From Ylistrum balloti (Eukaryota): a stretch of DNA of 64,000 nt. Position 1 is the stretch's first letter, and each line of letters begins with the position of its first letter. The stretch lies in assembly GCF_031769215.1 (NCBI RefSeq), contig NW_026782056.1:496001-560000 (forward strand). The letters run 5' to 3'. The translations under genes were made by a program, and so were the position numbers. The notes under the pieces were generated by a model. It was not told the DNA's origin. It saw only the letters and a program-made list of their open reading frames with translations, and did not search any database. Positions 14,758 to 26,218 of this stretch are shown here, in pieces.

Positions 14758-17046
14758 CCGACCCTTCCTCTGACCGTCCTTTTGTCAATCGTCAAAACAT
14801 GTACAATATATATAATTTAGTCGTGATCAAACAGACATTTTTGTTAGTTCCTTTCCACCTCTAGGTAGCGAGGGTCCTATTTCACTAGACAGTATATATC
14901 GTAAATGCTGTCCAGATACATCAATTCTGCCATGATTTCTTGTCGTCATTCTCTGTTTCATTTTAAGTACTTTTCTCAAAATATTAACCAAAGAACTTTT
15001 TGATATACAATATTTATCAACGAAATCCCAGATGTGTTTAGCATACATCTAATTTTGATACAATGTGCATTTTTTACTTTTGGTTTTCTGTTTTTAACCA
15101 CTTTACCTTAAACAGAATCGATCATGTTGTTGTCTGATTTTACAGCCCTTATCGTGCTAAATCCAACTAAATAGTTTTCCTAATGTTGTTTCTTAAAAGT
15201 AGCTGGTGATCTATGTTCCTTTGCGATATTCACATCGCACACGAATCATCATGGACCTATGTCTACCGCCGAGGGGAACGCTGATAAAGCCCCTTCTATC
15301 ACCAGCAATACGTCGTCGGTTTTTTGTTTTTTGTTTTTGTTAAAAAGAGGTGGAATGGAAGAAGCAGATACCGGTGAATCTGATTTGTCGCCCTTGGCAT
15401 ATTCACTTGCAAGATAGCAATGGTAGATGGCGCCCGGGGCCCAAAAAATCAAGCACATCTCTGATGGAATGCCAGAAATAAGATATCATAATTGAATTAT
15501 TTGCAAATGCATATCGGGAGTTTTAGATTTGAACGATGATTGACTTTAAATAATATTTGCTTTTTGCGATGCAGAGTTTCTAATTAGGTTCTATTTTGAG
15601 ACCTGATTTGAATGTGACTGGAAGTCATGTATAATTGCTAAACTCGGTTAGATACATGAACAATATTGAGCGTTTATCGTGGCAATTTGTCTGATTTAGC
15701 TAAAAGAAACGCTCAATGTATGTAATCTTAATAGATAAAGATATCGTAAGATACCAAATGACTGAGGTTATGTACTACATCATCATACATCACAACCACC
15801 TCACACGTGTATATGTCGATACGATGTGCTCACAAAGTGTACAAAATAACAAGTTAACTTGTGACAATGGAAAAATTAATAAACCTCCATCTTTTAAATG
15901 TCACTGTAAATATTTCGATGCGAATGAGCGCCATTTTATTATACTTATGTGACGTCATCACGAATTTTGTCCAATGAAATTAATAATAGTATACCATTTC
16001 TTGATGATATGGTTTCAACATATTTACATACATGTTCATTTTATTCGCACCTAAACATGTAACATAACCAACACTATTTTTCACTATTTTTCAATCGTCC
16101 AATATGTTTTTTTCTTTAATCCTGATGCCAATATTATCCAGTTTCATCAGGTCGATACAGACTATAGGTACACATGCACGGCAAAGTTCGCTAAAGATTT
16201 GTGGAAATCTTTCGTCTCCCGTTTGCCTATAGATGGGACTATGATTATTTGGCTTCGTTAGGCCCTGGGATACCAGACGGATTCGAGGTTCTAATGTGTT
16301 TTCCGTTTGTTCTAGAGAAGATTGCATGGGAAATAAGGAAAAAGGCGGTGTCTGTAAATGTATTGAAATATATTTATTGTTTGTTGGTTTTTCAAATTGG
16401 TCTTTCTTAATGAAGATATTTCCAACATCGCGGTATCTTTGTAATATTGTGATCCATGCAATCAGGATTTACATGACTTATGTTGTCACAGTACTTCATT
16501 CATTATACATTTTACTAATGCAGCTTGTATCAGTTCTACATCACGGTGGTGTAATGCTGGTATCTTTATCTTAACAAGCTTTTATGCTTACATGTATATA
16601 TATATATATATTCTATCAGCACATCAGCAATTGTCTGATAAATCCTTATATAGACTTTTTCACGGGAAACGGCGTATTATCATAAAATTTATAGGTAGAT
16701 AAACAGGAGAAAATGGACTATCTGGAAATCACACAGCATATTTAACGTAAACAACGTCTGTAGTCTGTCACCGCCAGATACACTCAACACCAACCAACGT
16801 AGTTATCGCTTCTAGAACACAATGTAAAACAATAATGTCAATGTTTCAGTCAGGAAAGTAGTTTTTTCTGAAAAAGAAATATAAGTGTCAGATTTGCCGC
16901 TTTGTGAAATATTTATCATTTTTCTCAAAAATATTTCATTCATGGACAGGCCCAATTAAAGTTTTGGATTATTCTCTCTCGTTACCAACAAATATTTTCG
17001 TCATTCTCATCAAGCAGCTATATACTAAGTTGTGAATCCGTATCAT

Positions 17047-19886
17047 GTTCAGACGTCGCTGTAAAAGAGACCCTGTATATCAGTGTCCTGTTCAGACGTC
17101 CCTGTTATAGAGACCCTGTATATCAGTGCCCTGTTCAGACGTCCCTGTTATAGAGACCCTGTATATCAGTGCCCTGTTCAGACGTCCCTGTTGTAGAGAC
17201 CCTGTATATCAGTGCCCTGTTCAGACGTCCCTGTAAAAGAGACCCTGTATATCAGTGACCTGTTCATACGCCGCTGTTAAAGAGACCCTGTATATTAGTA
17301 AACTGTTCAGACGTCCCCGTTGAAGAGACCCTGTGTATCAGTGTCCTGTTAAGACGTCCCTGTAAAAGAGAGCCTATGTATCAGTAACCTGTTCAGACGT
17401 CCCTGTTAAAGAGACCCTGTATATCAGTGTCCTGTTCAGACGTCCCTGTTATAGAGACCGTGTATATCAGTGCCCTGTTCAGACGTCCCTGTTATAGAGA
17501 CCCTGTATATCAGTGCCCTGTTCAGAGGTCCCTGTTAAAGAGACCCTGTATATCAGTGCCCTGTTCAAAGGTCCCTGTTAAAGAGACCCTGTATATCAGT
17601 GCCCTGTTAAGACGTCCCTGTAAAAGAGACCCTGTGTATCAGTGTCCTGCTAAGACGTCCCTGTTAAAGAGACCCTGTATATCAGTGCTGTTATAGAGAC
17701 CCTGTGTATCAGTGCCCTGTTAAGACGTCCCTGTTAAAGAGACCCTGTGTATCAGTGCCCTGTTCGGACGTTCCTGTTAAAGAGACCCTGTATATCAGTG
17801 CCCTGTTCATACGCCGCTGTTAAAGAGACATTATATATCAGTGCCCTGTTCAGTTAGAGACCCTGTGTATCAGTGTCCTGTTCAGACGTCCCTGTTATAA
17901 AGAGACCCTGTGTATATCAGTGCCCTGTTCAGACGTCCCTGTTATAGAGACCCTGTGTATCAGTGTCCTGTTCAAAGGTACCTGTTAAAGAGACCCTGTG
18001 TATCAGTAACCTGTTCAGAGGTCCCTGTTAAAGAGACCCTGTATATCAGTGTCCTGTTCAGACGTCCCTGTTATAGAGACCGTGTATATCAGTGCCCTGT
18101 TCAGACGTCCCTGTTATAGAGACCCTGTATATCAGTGCCCTGTTCAGAGGTCCCTGTTAAAGAGACCCTGTGTATCATGTGTATCAGTACCCTGTTCAGA
18201 CGTCGCTGTAAAAGAGACCCTGTGTATCAGAGACCTGTTAAGACTACCCTGTTATAGAGACCCTGTATATCAGTGCCCTGTTCAGACGTCCCTGTTAAAG
18301 AGACCCTGTATCACTGTTCATACGCCGCTGTTAAAGAGACATTATGTATCAGTGCCCTGACCCTGTATATCAGTGTCCTGTTCAGACGTCCCTGTTATAG
18401 AGATCCTGTATATCAGTGCCCTGTTCAGACGTCCCTGTTATAGAGACCCTGTGTATCAGTGCCCTGTTCAAAGCTCCCTGTTAAAGAGACCCTGTATATC
18501 AGTGCCCTGTTCAGATGTCCCTGTTAAGGAGACCCTGTATATCAGTGCCCTGTTAAGACGTCCCTGTTAAAGAGACCCTGTGTGTCAGTACCCTGTTCCC
18601 CTGTTCAGACTGTATATCAGTGCCCTGTAAAGAGACCCTGTATATCAGTGCCCTGTTAAGACGTTCCTGTTAAAGAGACCCTGTGTATCAGTGCCCTGTT
18701 CAGTCGTCGCTGTAAAAGAGACCCTGTGTATCAGTGTCCTGTTCAGACGTCCCTGTTAAAGAGACCCTGTGTATCAGTACTGTATATAGAGACCCTGTGT
18801 ATCAGTCCCTGTTAAAGAGATCCTGTATATCAGTCCTGTCCCTGTTAAGACGTCCCTGTTAATAGAGACCCTGTGTATCAGTGCCCTGTTCAAAGCTCCC
18901 TGTTAAAGAGACCCTGTATATCAGTGCCCTGTTCAGATGTCCCTGTTAAGGAGACCCTGTATATCAGTGCCCTGTTAAGACGTCGCTGTAAAGGAGACCC
19001 TGTGTATCAGTGCCCTGTTAAGACGTCCCTGTAAAAGAGACCCTGTGTATCAGTACCCTGTTCAGACGTCGCTGTAAAAGAGACCCTGTGTATCAGTGTC
19101 CTGTTAAGACGTCCCTGTTAAAGAGACCCTGTATATCAGTGCTGTTATAGAGACCCTGTGTATCAGTGCCCTGTTAAGACGTCCCTGTTAAAGAGACCCT
19201 GTGTATCAGTGCCCTGTTCATACGCCGCTGTTAAAGAGACATTATGTATCAGTGCCCTGTTCAGACGTCCCTGTAATAGAGACCCTGTGTATCAGTGTCC
19301 TGTTCAGACGTCCCTGTTATAGAGATCCTGTATATCAGTGCCCTGTTCAGACGTCCCTGTTATAGAGACCCTGTGTATCAGTGCCCTGTTCAAAGGTCCC
19401 TGTTAAAAAGACCCTGTGTATCAGTACCCTGTTCAGACGTCGCTGTAAAAGAGAGCCTGTACATCAGTGCCGTGTTAGACGTCCCTGTAAAAGAGACCCT
19501 GTGTATCAGTACCTTGTTCAGACGTCGCTGTAAAAGAGAGCCTGTACATCAGTGCCGTGTTCAGACGTCCCTGTAAAAGAGACCCTGTGTATCAGTACCT
19601 TGTTCAGACGTCGCTGTAAAAGAGAGCCTGTACATCAGTGCCGTGTTCAGACGTCCCTGTAAAAGAGACTCTGTGTATCAGTACTCTGTTCAGACGTCGC
19701 TGTAAAAGAGACCCTGTGTATCAGTGTCCTGTTAAGACGTCCCTGTTAAAGAGACCCTGTATATCAGTGCCCTATTAAGACGTCCCTGTTAAAGAGACCC
19801 TGTGTATCAGTGCCCTGTTAAGACGTCCCTGTTAAAGAGACCCTGTATATCAGTGCCGTGTTCAGACGTCCCTGTTAAAGAGACCC
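17047..19886. repeat. 43-bp tandem array, about 65 copies
   Basis: Unit GTTCAGACGTCCCTGTTAAAGAGACCCTGTATATCAGTGCCCT; period 43 (17101 to 17144); disrupted around 18550-18850. Confidence 0.97.
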
Positions 19887-21460
19887 TCTTTTGAGCCTTC
19901 TCTAATAAAGGTCTATAGATACCCCATTTTCATAGTTCTGTGGACGTCAACTATTTTTATCTAATTCGAGAAACATGGTATGTTTGCTGTGTTTCCTCTC
20001 CCTCATCTCAATCTCCTGTCACCTACTGATTCGCTGGTATTAAGACCGATATCCTTGTGGCATCAATAAAGCATGTAGTGTGGTATGTGGCCTGCATCTC
20101 TTCTCCGCCTCCGTGTCAACAAACTGTCGGCCATTATCGATCATCATTCACCAGTTATTATGACAAAATGAACACACTTGGACAGGAAGCTGTTTAGACA
20201 CACAGGCAGACAGGAAGTGGGACACGGTTAACTTGAAATTGGTCCCTGACCACCTCATTTCAACGCCTAATATTTTTATAGATCGAATGGATCAGTACTT
20301 TGACATTTTGAAACGGTTGGAATTGTTTTTCGCCGTGTTTATTTTTTTTCAATTTGTAACAATAATTATTAACGACCACTCAAGAATGATCTACTTTCGC
20401 TTTTATATCGTCTCAATAATTGATTTTCCGCTGCCTAGAACGCATTGGATCTTTATAGTGCGTGTACGTCGATCTACAAATTCTTCATAAGACATGTTTG
20501 ACAAGCACGATCGACAACCAGAGCTGGACATTAAAGCCGTTTCTGGAGCAGGGAAACCTTTACGAGATACCTATGAATCGAGTCTGATAGAAAATACACT
20601 ATCTTCTTTAAAATGTTCACGACGGCAGTGATATCATTAAGGGGTTATGGTACATTTTTTTCGTTTGTTTTTTCTGACTGACTTTGCAGCCTCGCCGGTA
20701 TTAAAATGAAATGAATGAGTTTTTCTAGAAGATCAGTAATACTTATGTTTATTATCAAGGTAGCATTATCATAATAGATACGATAAAAAGTCCCCAAACA
20801 TGCGAATCGATGGGCTTTCCTGTAGTTGAGCATGGTTATACGGTTATTAAACATACATAGTCTTTATAGAGGAAACCGTAACAAAACAAGGAATATATTA
20901 TCGTGATAAAGGCGACATTATCCTGTAGACATACTTCCGGTTGACGTCTTGTTTAAGCAAGCTTACATATAAGGATTCCATCTATGTATGTACCGGACAC
21001 GTCACGCCTCTCTTATCTGTGGTCATTCTGTCACCAGACTCAAGTTGGCATTCTGATTTTAGTGTCTTGTAACATCAGGGTAAGCGGTGAAATGTGGGTT
21101 CCGAGACGCTTGCATCTGTTTAAGTAAATCCGTAAGATATCGATAAGAATGGCTTGCTGATTATGAGGTGTACATCTAGAAAGATAAAACTCGGACATGG
21201 TTCCTATATTATTTCTGATTGTAACAACAAACTGCGACCGAGCTATTCCTACGTCCTTTAATCTTCCCTGAGACTACATTTACCAATGCAATTTATTCTA
21301 AGTGGTTGGTCTGCTACAAACACCACCATGAATATGTCTGCCGTAAAGTGTGATTCAATTCATCAGAATAACTCCCGCTGTAAGAGCATAAGAGAAATTG
21401 GTAGGTTTGGATATCTAAAAATTGTGTGTATATATAACCAACGAAGAAAATACCCGTCAA

Positions 21461-21620
21461 CAGAATCATATTCCTAATTCAAGGTAATAAAACTAGGACA
21501 TAATATGAGACGAGGTGTTCCGAAAGACTAAACGTCTTCTGCTTCATCGATCTTGATCAATCCAATTATTTAATATCACGTTCCCAAATGAGAACAAGGT
21601 TAACAACCAAGGACACCAAC
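21461..21620 (+). repeat. Dispersed repeat family A, copy 2
   Basis: GACGAGGTGTTCCGAAAGACTAAACGTCTTCTGCTTCATCGA...TCACGTTCCCAAATGAGAA is colinear with 5324-5548. Confidence 0.7.
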
Positions 21621-24477
21621 AGGTTAGGTGTTAGGAGCATCAAATAACTCCACTTAATAAAAGGGTGAACGATTGAATTTCTCACTTTGGATTTCCCTAG
21701 TCGCTTCCTAGGTTTCAAAAATTAGGCCCATTACTTACGAGTTCCAGCAGGACGAAACAGCTATATGATGCATTTTGATTCATTTTTGGCTCTACTTTGT
21801 CTATTCACTTGTGTGTCTTTAGCACAATTTTATAAAGTATGAAATATGAGCGCCAAGAAAATTTATTTTTGAAGCGAACAAACTAGGACCCTTTAATGCG
21901 ATACTACATATGTATATTATTTCTGTTCTGTTGCACTATATGGTTAAATGTAATGTACTGATGTTCATATGGCGTTGAGTTTTGCATCTAGACTTGTGAC
22001 GTTTTAGACAGTATCAGCCATGGATGACCAAGTCTGACGTCTAAAATTAATTAATAATGGCTGGCAATAAGCTTAAAGGGGAGTGTCCTGAAATTTACTG
22101 AGCCCAAGGGCTACAACTCTTGGAAAAATAGTCAACTTACATAATATTGCTGCTAGATGACGTAATTACTTCTAATATTATATAAAAGTGCAGACATTTA
22201 CTAAGAATCTGCGATAACGCTGAAAGATGTGTCTGAAGAATATTTGACAAAGAATCTGTAATAACTGCAGTGTCAATGGCAAAGTTTGATGTATTGGAAT
22301 TAAATCAATGGTCAATCATCATCGTCGTCGTCCCTATCACCTTCTTGTTCTAATTCTTGGGGATGATATAGTAGTGTTTGTATGCTTTTCAAATATTCGT
22401 TGATGATTTTGAGACAAAATCGAGATTGTGAAGGGATGCACGACTGACGACGCCGAGCACAAGCGATCGCTAGATCACTTGCATAGTAAAATGACAAAAG
22501 AAGACATTAGCTCTTGATTGTATATATATGATATATATCAACAGGATTAAGCCAACAAGCATTAATGATGGGCACTTCATGACATAGATAGCCGAGGTAC
22601 ATTGCTTCTACGTTACTAGGTAGTATTGTAGCATTGTAATGCACTTTTAACCACTAACACGATTGGACCGCGCAATATCATCTTCAATACAAATATATTG
22701 CAATAAAATAAATGTGCATTCCAACTGCATTCAACACATGCTGTACCATACTACCTATGCTTCGGTCTTATAACCCAGAAACGGTCGTGTAGGTTATGTA
22801 CATCAATGTCAATTATCTGGAAAAGGAGTGTATGCAGTATACTTGTTGTTGTTTGCCAATATAACATACTGCAAATTGAATTATTCTATTGTAGAAAAGA
22901 TAAAAACAAGAGTTGAAGAAGACAAGGACTATGTCATGGTACGGGTTTGTCTTATGTACCAATTTCAACATCTCGACCACAAACTAAGAAACTAAAGTTA
23001 TAGTGTTGCTATGGTAACCAAAACATCTTAAGACCTACATGTATATAAATATACACCAGGTCCATAGCATCTAATAGGGCTGACCCGGTGGGTTGTAACG
23101 AATGGTACGGAACTGATTGAATTTGTAATTCTGGTAGATCTATTTGAGCTATTATGCAATGGTCCGCTTCGATCGTCATAACATGATAAAAGAAAGCATA
23201 CAACATGATAACGGATGCCCATTTCGTGGCATTTCGCCTTTTGTATAAACATGTATCTGTACATTTGACATGTAGTTGATGCAGCTTTCTGTTAATTATG
23301 TATAATAAATGCGAAACGGCCACTTTGATTACCATATCTACTGTCTGTGATGTAAAAATCTGGGCAGCAATGATAGCATCGTATTGGTAAATGATCGTAC
23401 TTAAAAAGATACATGATGTTAACAGACCGATGGACTGCCATTAACATGTATACCATCACACTGCCAATAAACATTATACTGATGCTTCAGATACAGTAAT
23501 GTTAGCACGACAAGGAACGCGTGCTCGTTAGACAAATTAAACAGACCAGTGTAATTTAGTTCAGTATGACAAAAAATCCTAGTGCCGGCGTATGATTGAT
23601 TTGTTCATATTTGTTTTCGGGAAGATAAGAGCGATGTTTGACTTCTATAAAAATAGAAATTGTGACAAGAAGACTTAACGAAATGTAATGATGACTGATT
23701 GGGTTTATCCTTCTCGAGGTTTCGAATTTTAGTAAACTATATCATTTCATTAGTCATTTGTCAAACTGGAATAGGTACTTCTGAATGTTACACGTTTATT
23801 TTGACTCATATCTGTTTTTATGTTTCAGGCATTCTATCAAAGGATCTGACACGAATCGTGGGTACAAGATGGATTTCTAATAAAGGGAATCGGAATCGGT
23901 CTCACATTTCCTACAGATGGGCGAGGGAGTGTTCGTTGTTGATGAATTACCTATAAGGAATCGCATGTCATCCAAACCACGAGCGCCAGGTCATGTATCT
24001 GGTATTGACTGCCAGCGTGCATGTGGCATACCGTTTTATAAATGAAAAACATGAAAATTCTGTCGTTCAAGGATAACATAAACGTACACACTTCCAGAGA
24101 TACGTTATTGTGGAGAAGTGTTAGTCGTCGTACACACAAGTACAAAGTTTAAAAAAGGTCCCGAATGTAGCAGGTAGGAGTAGTGTATAGCATGTGTTTG
24201 TACGTTACATTTTATGTGGAGCCCAGTTTTATCCAGAATCGGTGTGCTTGATATGATTCATCAGGAGACTCTGGTTTTCAAATGTGACTCGTATCAATTC
24301 GTTCCCTGCGATTATACCTGTAACCATGAACATCACTCGAAATTTCATCCTTCCCACGAGACTGGGCAGTGCGGATTTGTCGTCAGAGTTTTAACACCCC
24401 GGTGTCTTTACCGTCTCTACAACACTTGTGTCATCACCGTGGCCATTTTAACAATATTACCCAAGAGAACATCATTC

Positions 24478-25881
24478 ATGTCGACTGCAGTACCCAATCA
24501 AATTGCATCTTACAACGCGATATCAAACTTCACCAATCACACGATTGTATACAATGAACTGTCGGCCATCAATGAAACTTACAATGGAAGTGATTGGACA
24601 AATTTTACAAATTCGACAATTCTCGATTACGAAGTAAAACGGCCAATCATCGGAATAGTTTTGTCTCTGTTTTCAGTGGTGACCATGGTAGGAAATGTGC
24701 TGGTGATAATCGCCGTTTTTAAGGAAATGTATCTGAGAACTGTCACCAATTATTTCATTGTTTCCCTCGCTCTCGCCGACCTAATGGTAGGCGGGATCGT
24801 GATGCCTTTCAGTATAAGTCTGGAAGTTACCAATGGGGTATGGCTTTATGGCGAGGAATGGTGCGATCTATGGCATTCATTTGACGTCCTGGCGAGTACA
24901 GCATCCATCTTGAATCTGTGTGTGATTTCGCTCGATCGGTATTGGGCAATTACAGACCCTATTGCATACACCGCTAAGATGTCCCAATGTAAGGTGGGCC
25001 TACTAATAGCTTTCGTGTGGCTCTGTTCCGCTGGTATATCTTTCCCAGCTATTGCCTGGTGGAAAGCGGTTACCCCGAGTAATCTCCCTTCGCACGTTTG
25101 TATGTTTACAGAAGACAGTGCCTACTTGATATTTTCCTCCATAGTGTCTTTCTATTGCCCGACTTTCATCATGATGTTCGTCTATTTACGGATATATTTA
25201 GCCGCAGCAGCACAAATTAGGAGTTTAAAAGTTGGCAGTAAAGTATTGACGTCGAACGGCAGTCATGGAAATAGAGAAATAATGACCTTGAGAATGCATC
25301 GCGGTGGGATGAACTCGCCTCGGAATGGACATGATGAGCATTACAGACGCGCCACGCACGAAGATTACTCTCAGTCATGTGACAGATGTATGGACAGTGA
25401 CAGTACTGCTTTGACGACACAGGAAAGTAAATTAAATTTACCCCACGCGCATGCGTCTAATGGTGCACACCATCATAGACCAGCAAAATTTATAACAAAG
25501 AGGCTCCGACAGTTCGCGCTAAGTAAAAAATTGACTAAACTGGCACGCGAACAAAAGGCAGCCAAAACGTTAGGTATAGTTGTGGGTGTTTTCATAATAT
25601 GTTGGCTTCCATTCTTTGTTTTTAACGTCTTACAAGGGATATGTGGTGTAAGTTGTCTAGTGTATCCGGAGTTGCTCTTCCCAATATTTACTTGGCTTGG
25701 TTATATAAATTCCGGTATGAACCCTGTGATATATGCTCTCTCTATGAGAGATTTCAGACGAGCGTTTGGAAAGGTCCTTTTCTGCTGTTGTCCAAAACAA
25801 AGATTTTCTTATCAGCGAGCTCATCAAAAATATACAACATCCTCATCTAGCTTCACAGTGTCATGTGCAGACAGAGTGTAG
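24478..25881 (+). CDS. Dop1R2: Invertebrate-type dopamine receptor (Dop1R2/DAMB/INDR-like class A GPCR). Uninterrupted CDS, 467 aa from MSTAV; the frame is open back to 24214 (555 aa).
   Basis: Seven TM segments; GNVLV (TM1), LALADL (TM2), TM3 Asp in HSFDVLASTAS, DRY, three TM5 serines (FSSIVSF), KAAKTLG-CWLPFF (TM6), NPVIY (TM7), and a CCC tail. DRYWAITDP, TLRMHRGG in IL3 and RDFRRAF match the Dop1R2 clade as I recall it (no database search was run). The N-terminus has six N-x-S/T sequons. The start codon is uncertain. Confidence 0.9.
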   Translation: MSTAVPNQIASYNAISNFTNHTIVYNELSAINETYNGSDWTNFTNSTILDYEVKRPIIGIVLSLFSVVTMVGNVLVIIAVFKEMYLRTVTNYFIVSLALADLMVGGIVMPFSISLEVTNGVWLYGEEWCDLWHSFDVLASTASILNLCVISLDRYWAITDPIAYTAKMSQCKVGLLIAFVWLCSAGISFPAIAWWKAVTPSNLPSHVCMFTEDSAYLIFSSIVSFYCPTFIMMFVYLRIYLAAAAQIRSLKVGSKVLTSNGSHGNREIMTLRMHRGGMNSPRNGHDEHYRRATHEDYSQSCDRCMDSDSTALTTQESKLNLPHAHASNGAHHHRPAKFITKRLRQFALSKKLTKLAREQKAAKTLGIVVGVFIICWLPFFVFNVLQGICGVSCLVYPELLFPIFTWLGYINSGMNPVIYALSMRDFRRAFGKVLFCCCPKQRFSYQRAHQKYTTSSSSFTVSCADRV

Positions 25882-26212
25882 CAAGCATATCCTGAAAACA
25901 TACAAAATTGACAGTTTAAGTCATAAGATACTGTACTGTATTTATTTATCACATGCTTCAGGAACTGATGACGTCATATGTCGTATAGGTCACGTGTCCC
26001 ACTGCTGGTCGGCGGACATTGCCCTGCTCATGCGCTAATTTGGCGATAACTAGCTTGGATATGACGAACGAACCAGAATATAAGAAACAATGTTTTCTCG
26101 ATATGTCCCATCATTTTGGTTCCTCACTTTAAAAAAATCATGGTTTTGTTTTGTTTAATACTCAGTGTGCGTTTCAATACTGTTCATTTGAAGAATAATA
26201 TATCAGAATTGA

Positions 26213-26218
26213 AATAAA
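26213..26218 (+). terminator. Candidate polyadenylation signal of the receptor gene
   Basis: AATAAA about 330 nt after the stop. The motif is common in AT-rich DNA. Confidence 0.25.

Noticed and set aside
13123-14773. ORFs of repeated SSSSHFSCPFSQPPNII (up to 199 aa)
   Set aside because: They arise because the 51-bp unit is a multiple of three. They have no credible start or splice context, and variant units introduce stops.
17427-19576. Cys/Pro-rich ORFs in the 43-bp array
   Set aside because: The unit length is not a multiple of three, so frames cycle and stop. These are repeat artefacts.
23060-23474. PIRCY appears twice on the minus strand, once as IRCYHC (like a Ly6/three-finger start)
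   Set aside because: The remaining Ly6 cysteine pattern and a consistent exon chain are absent.
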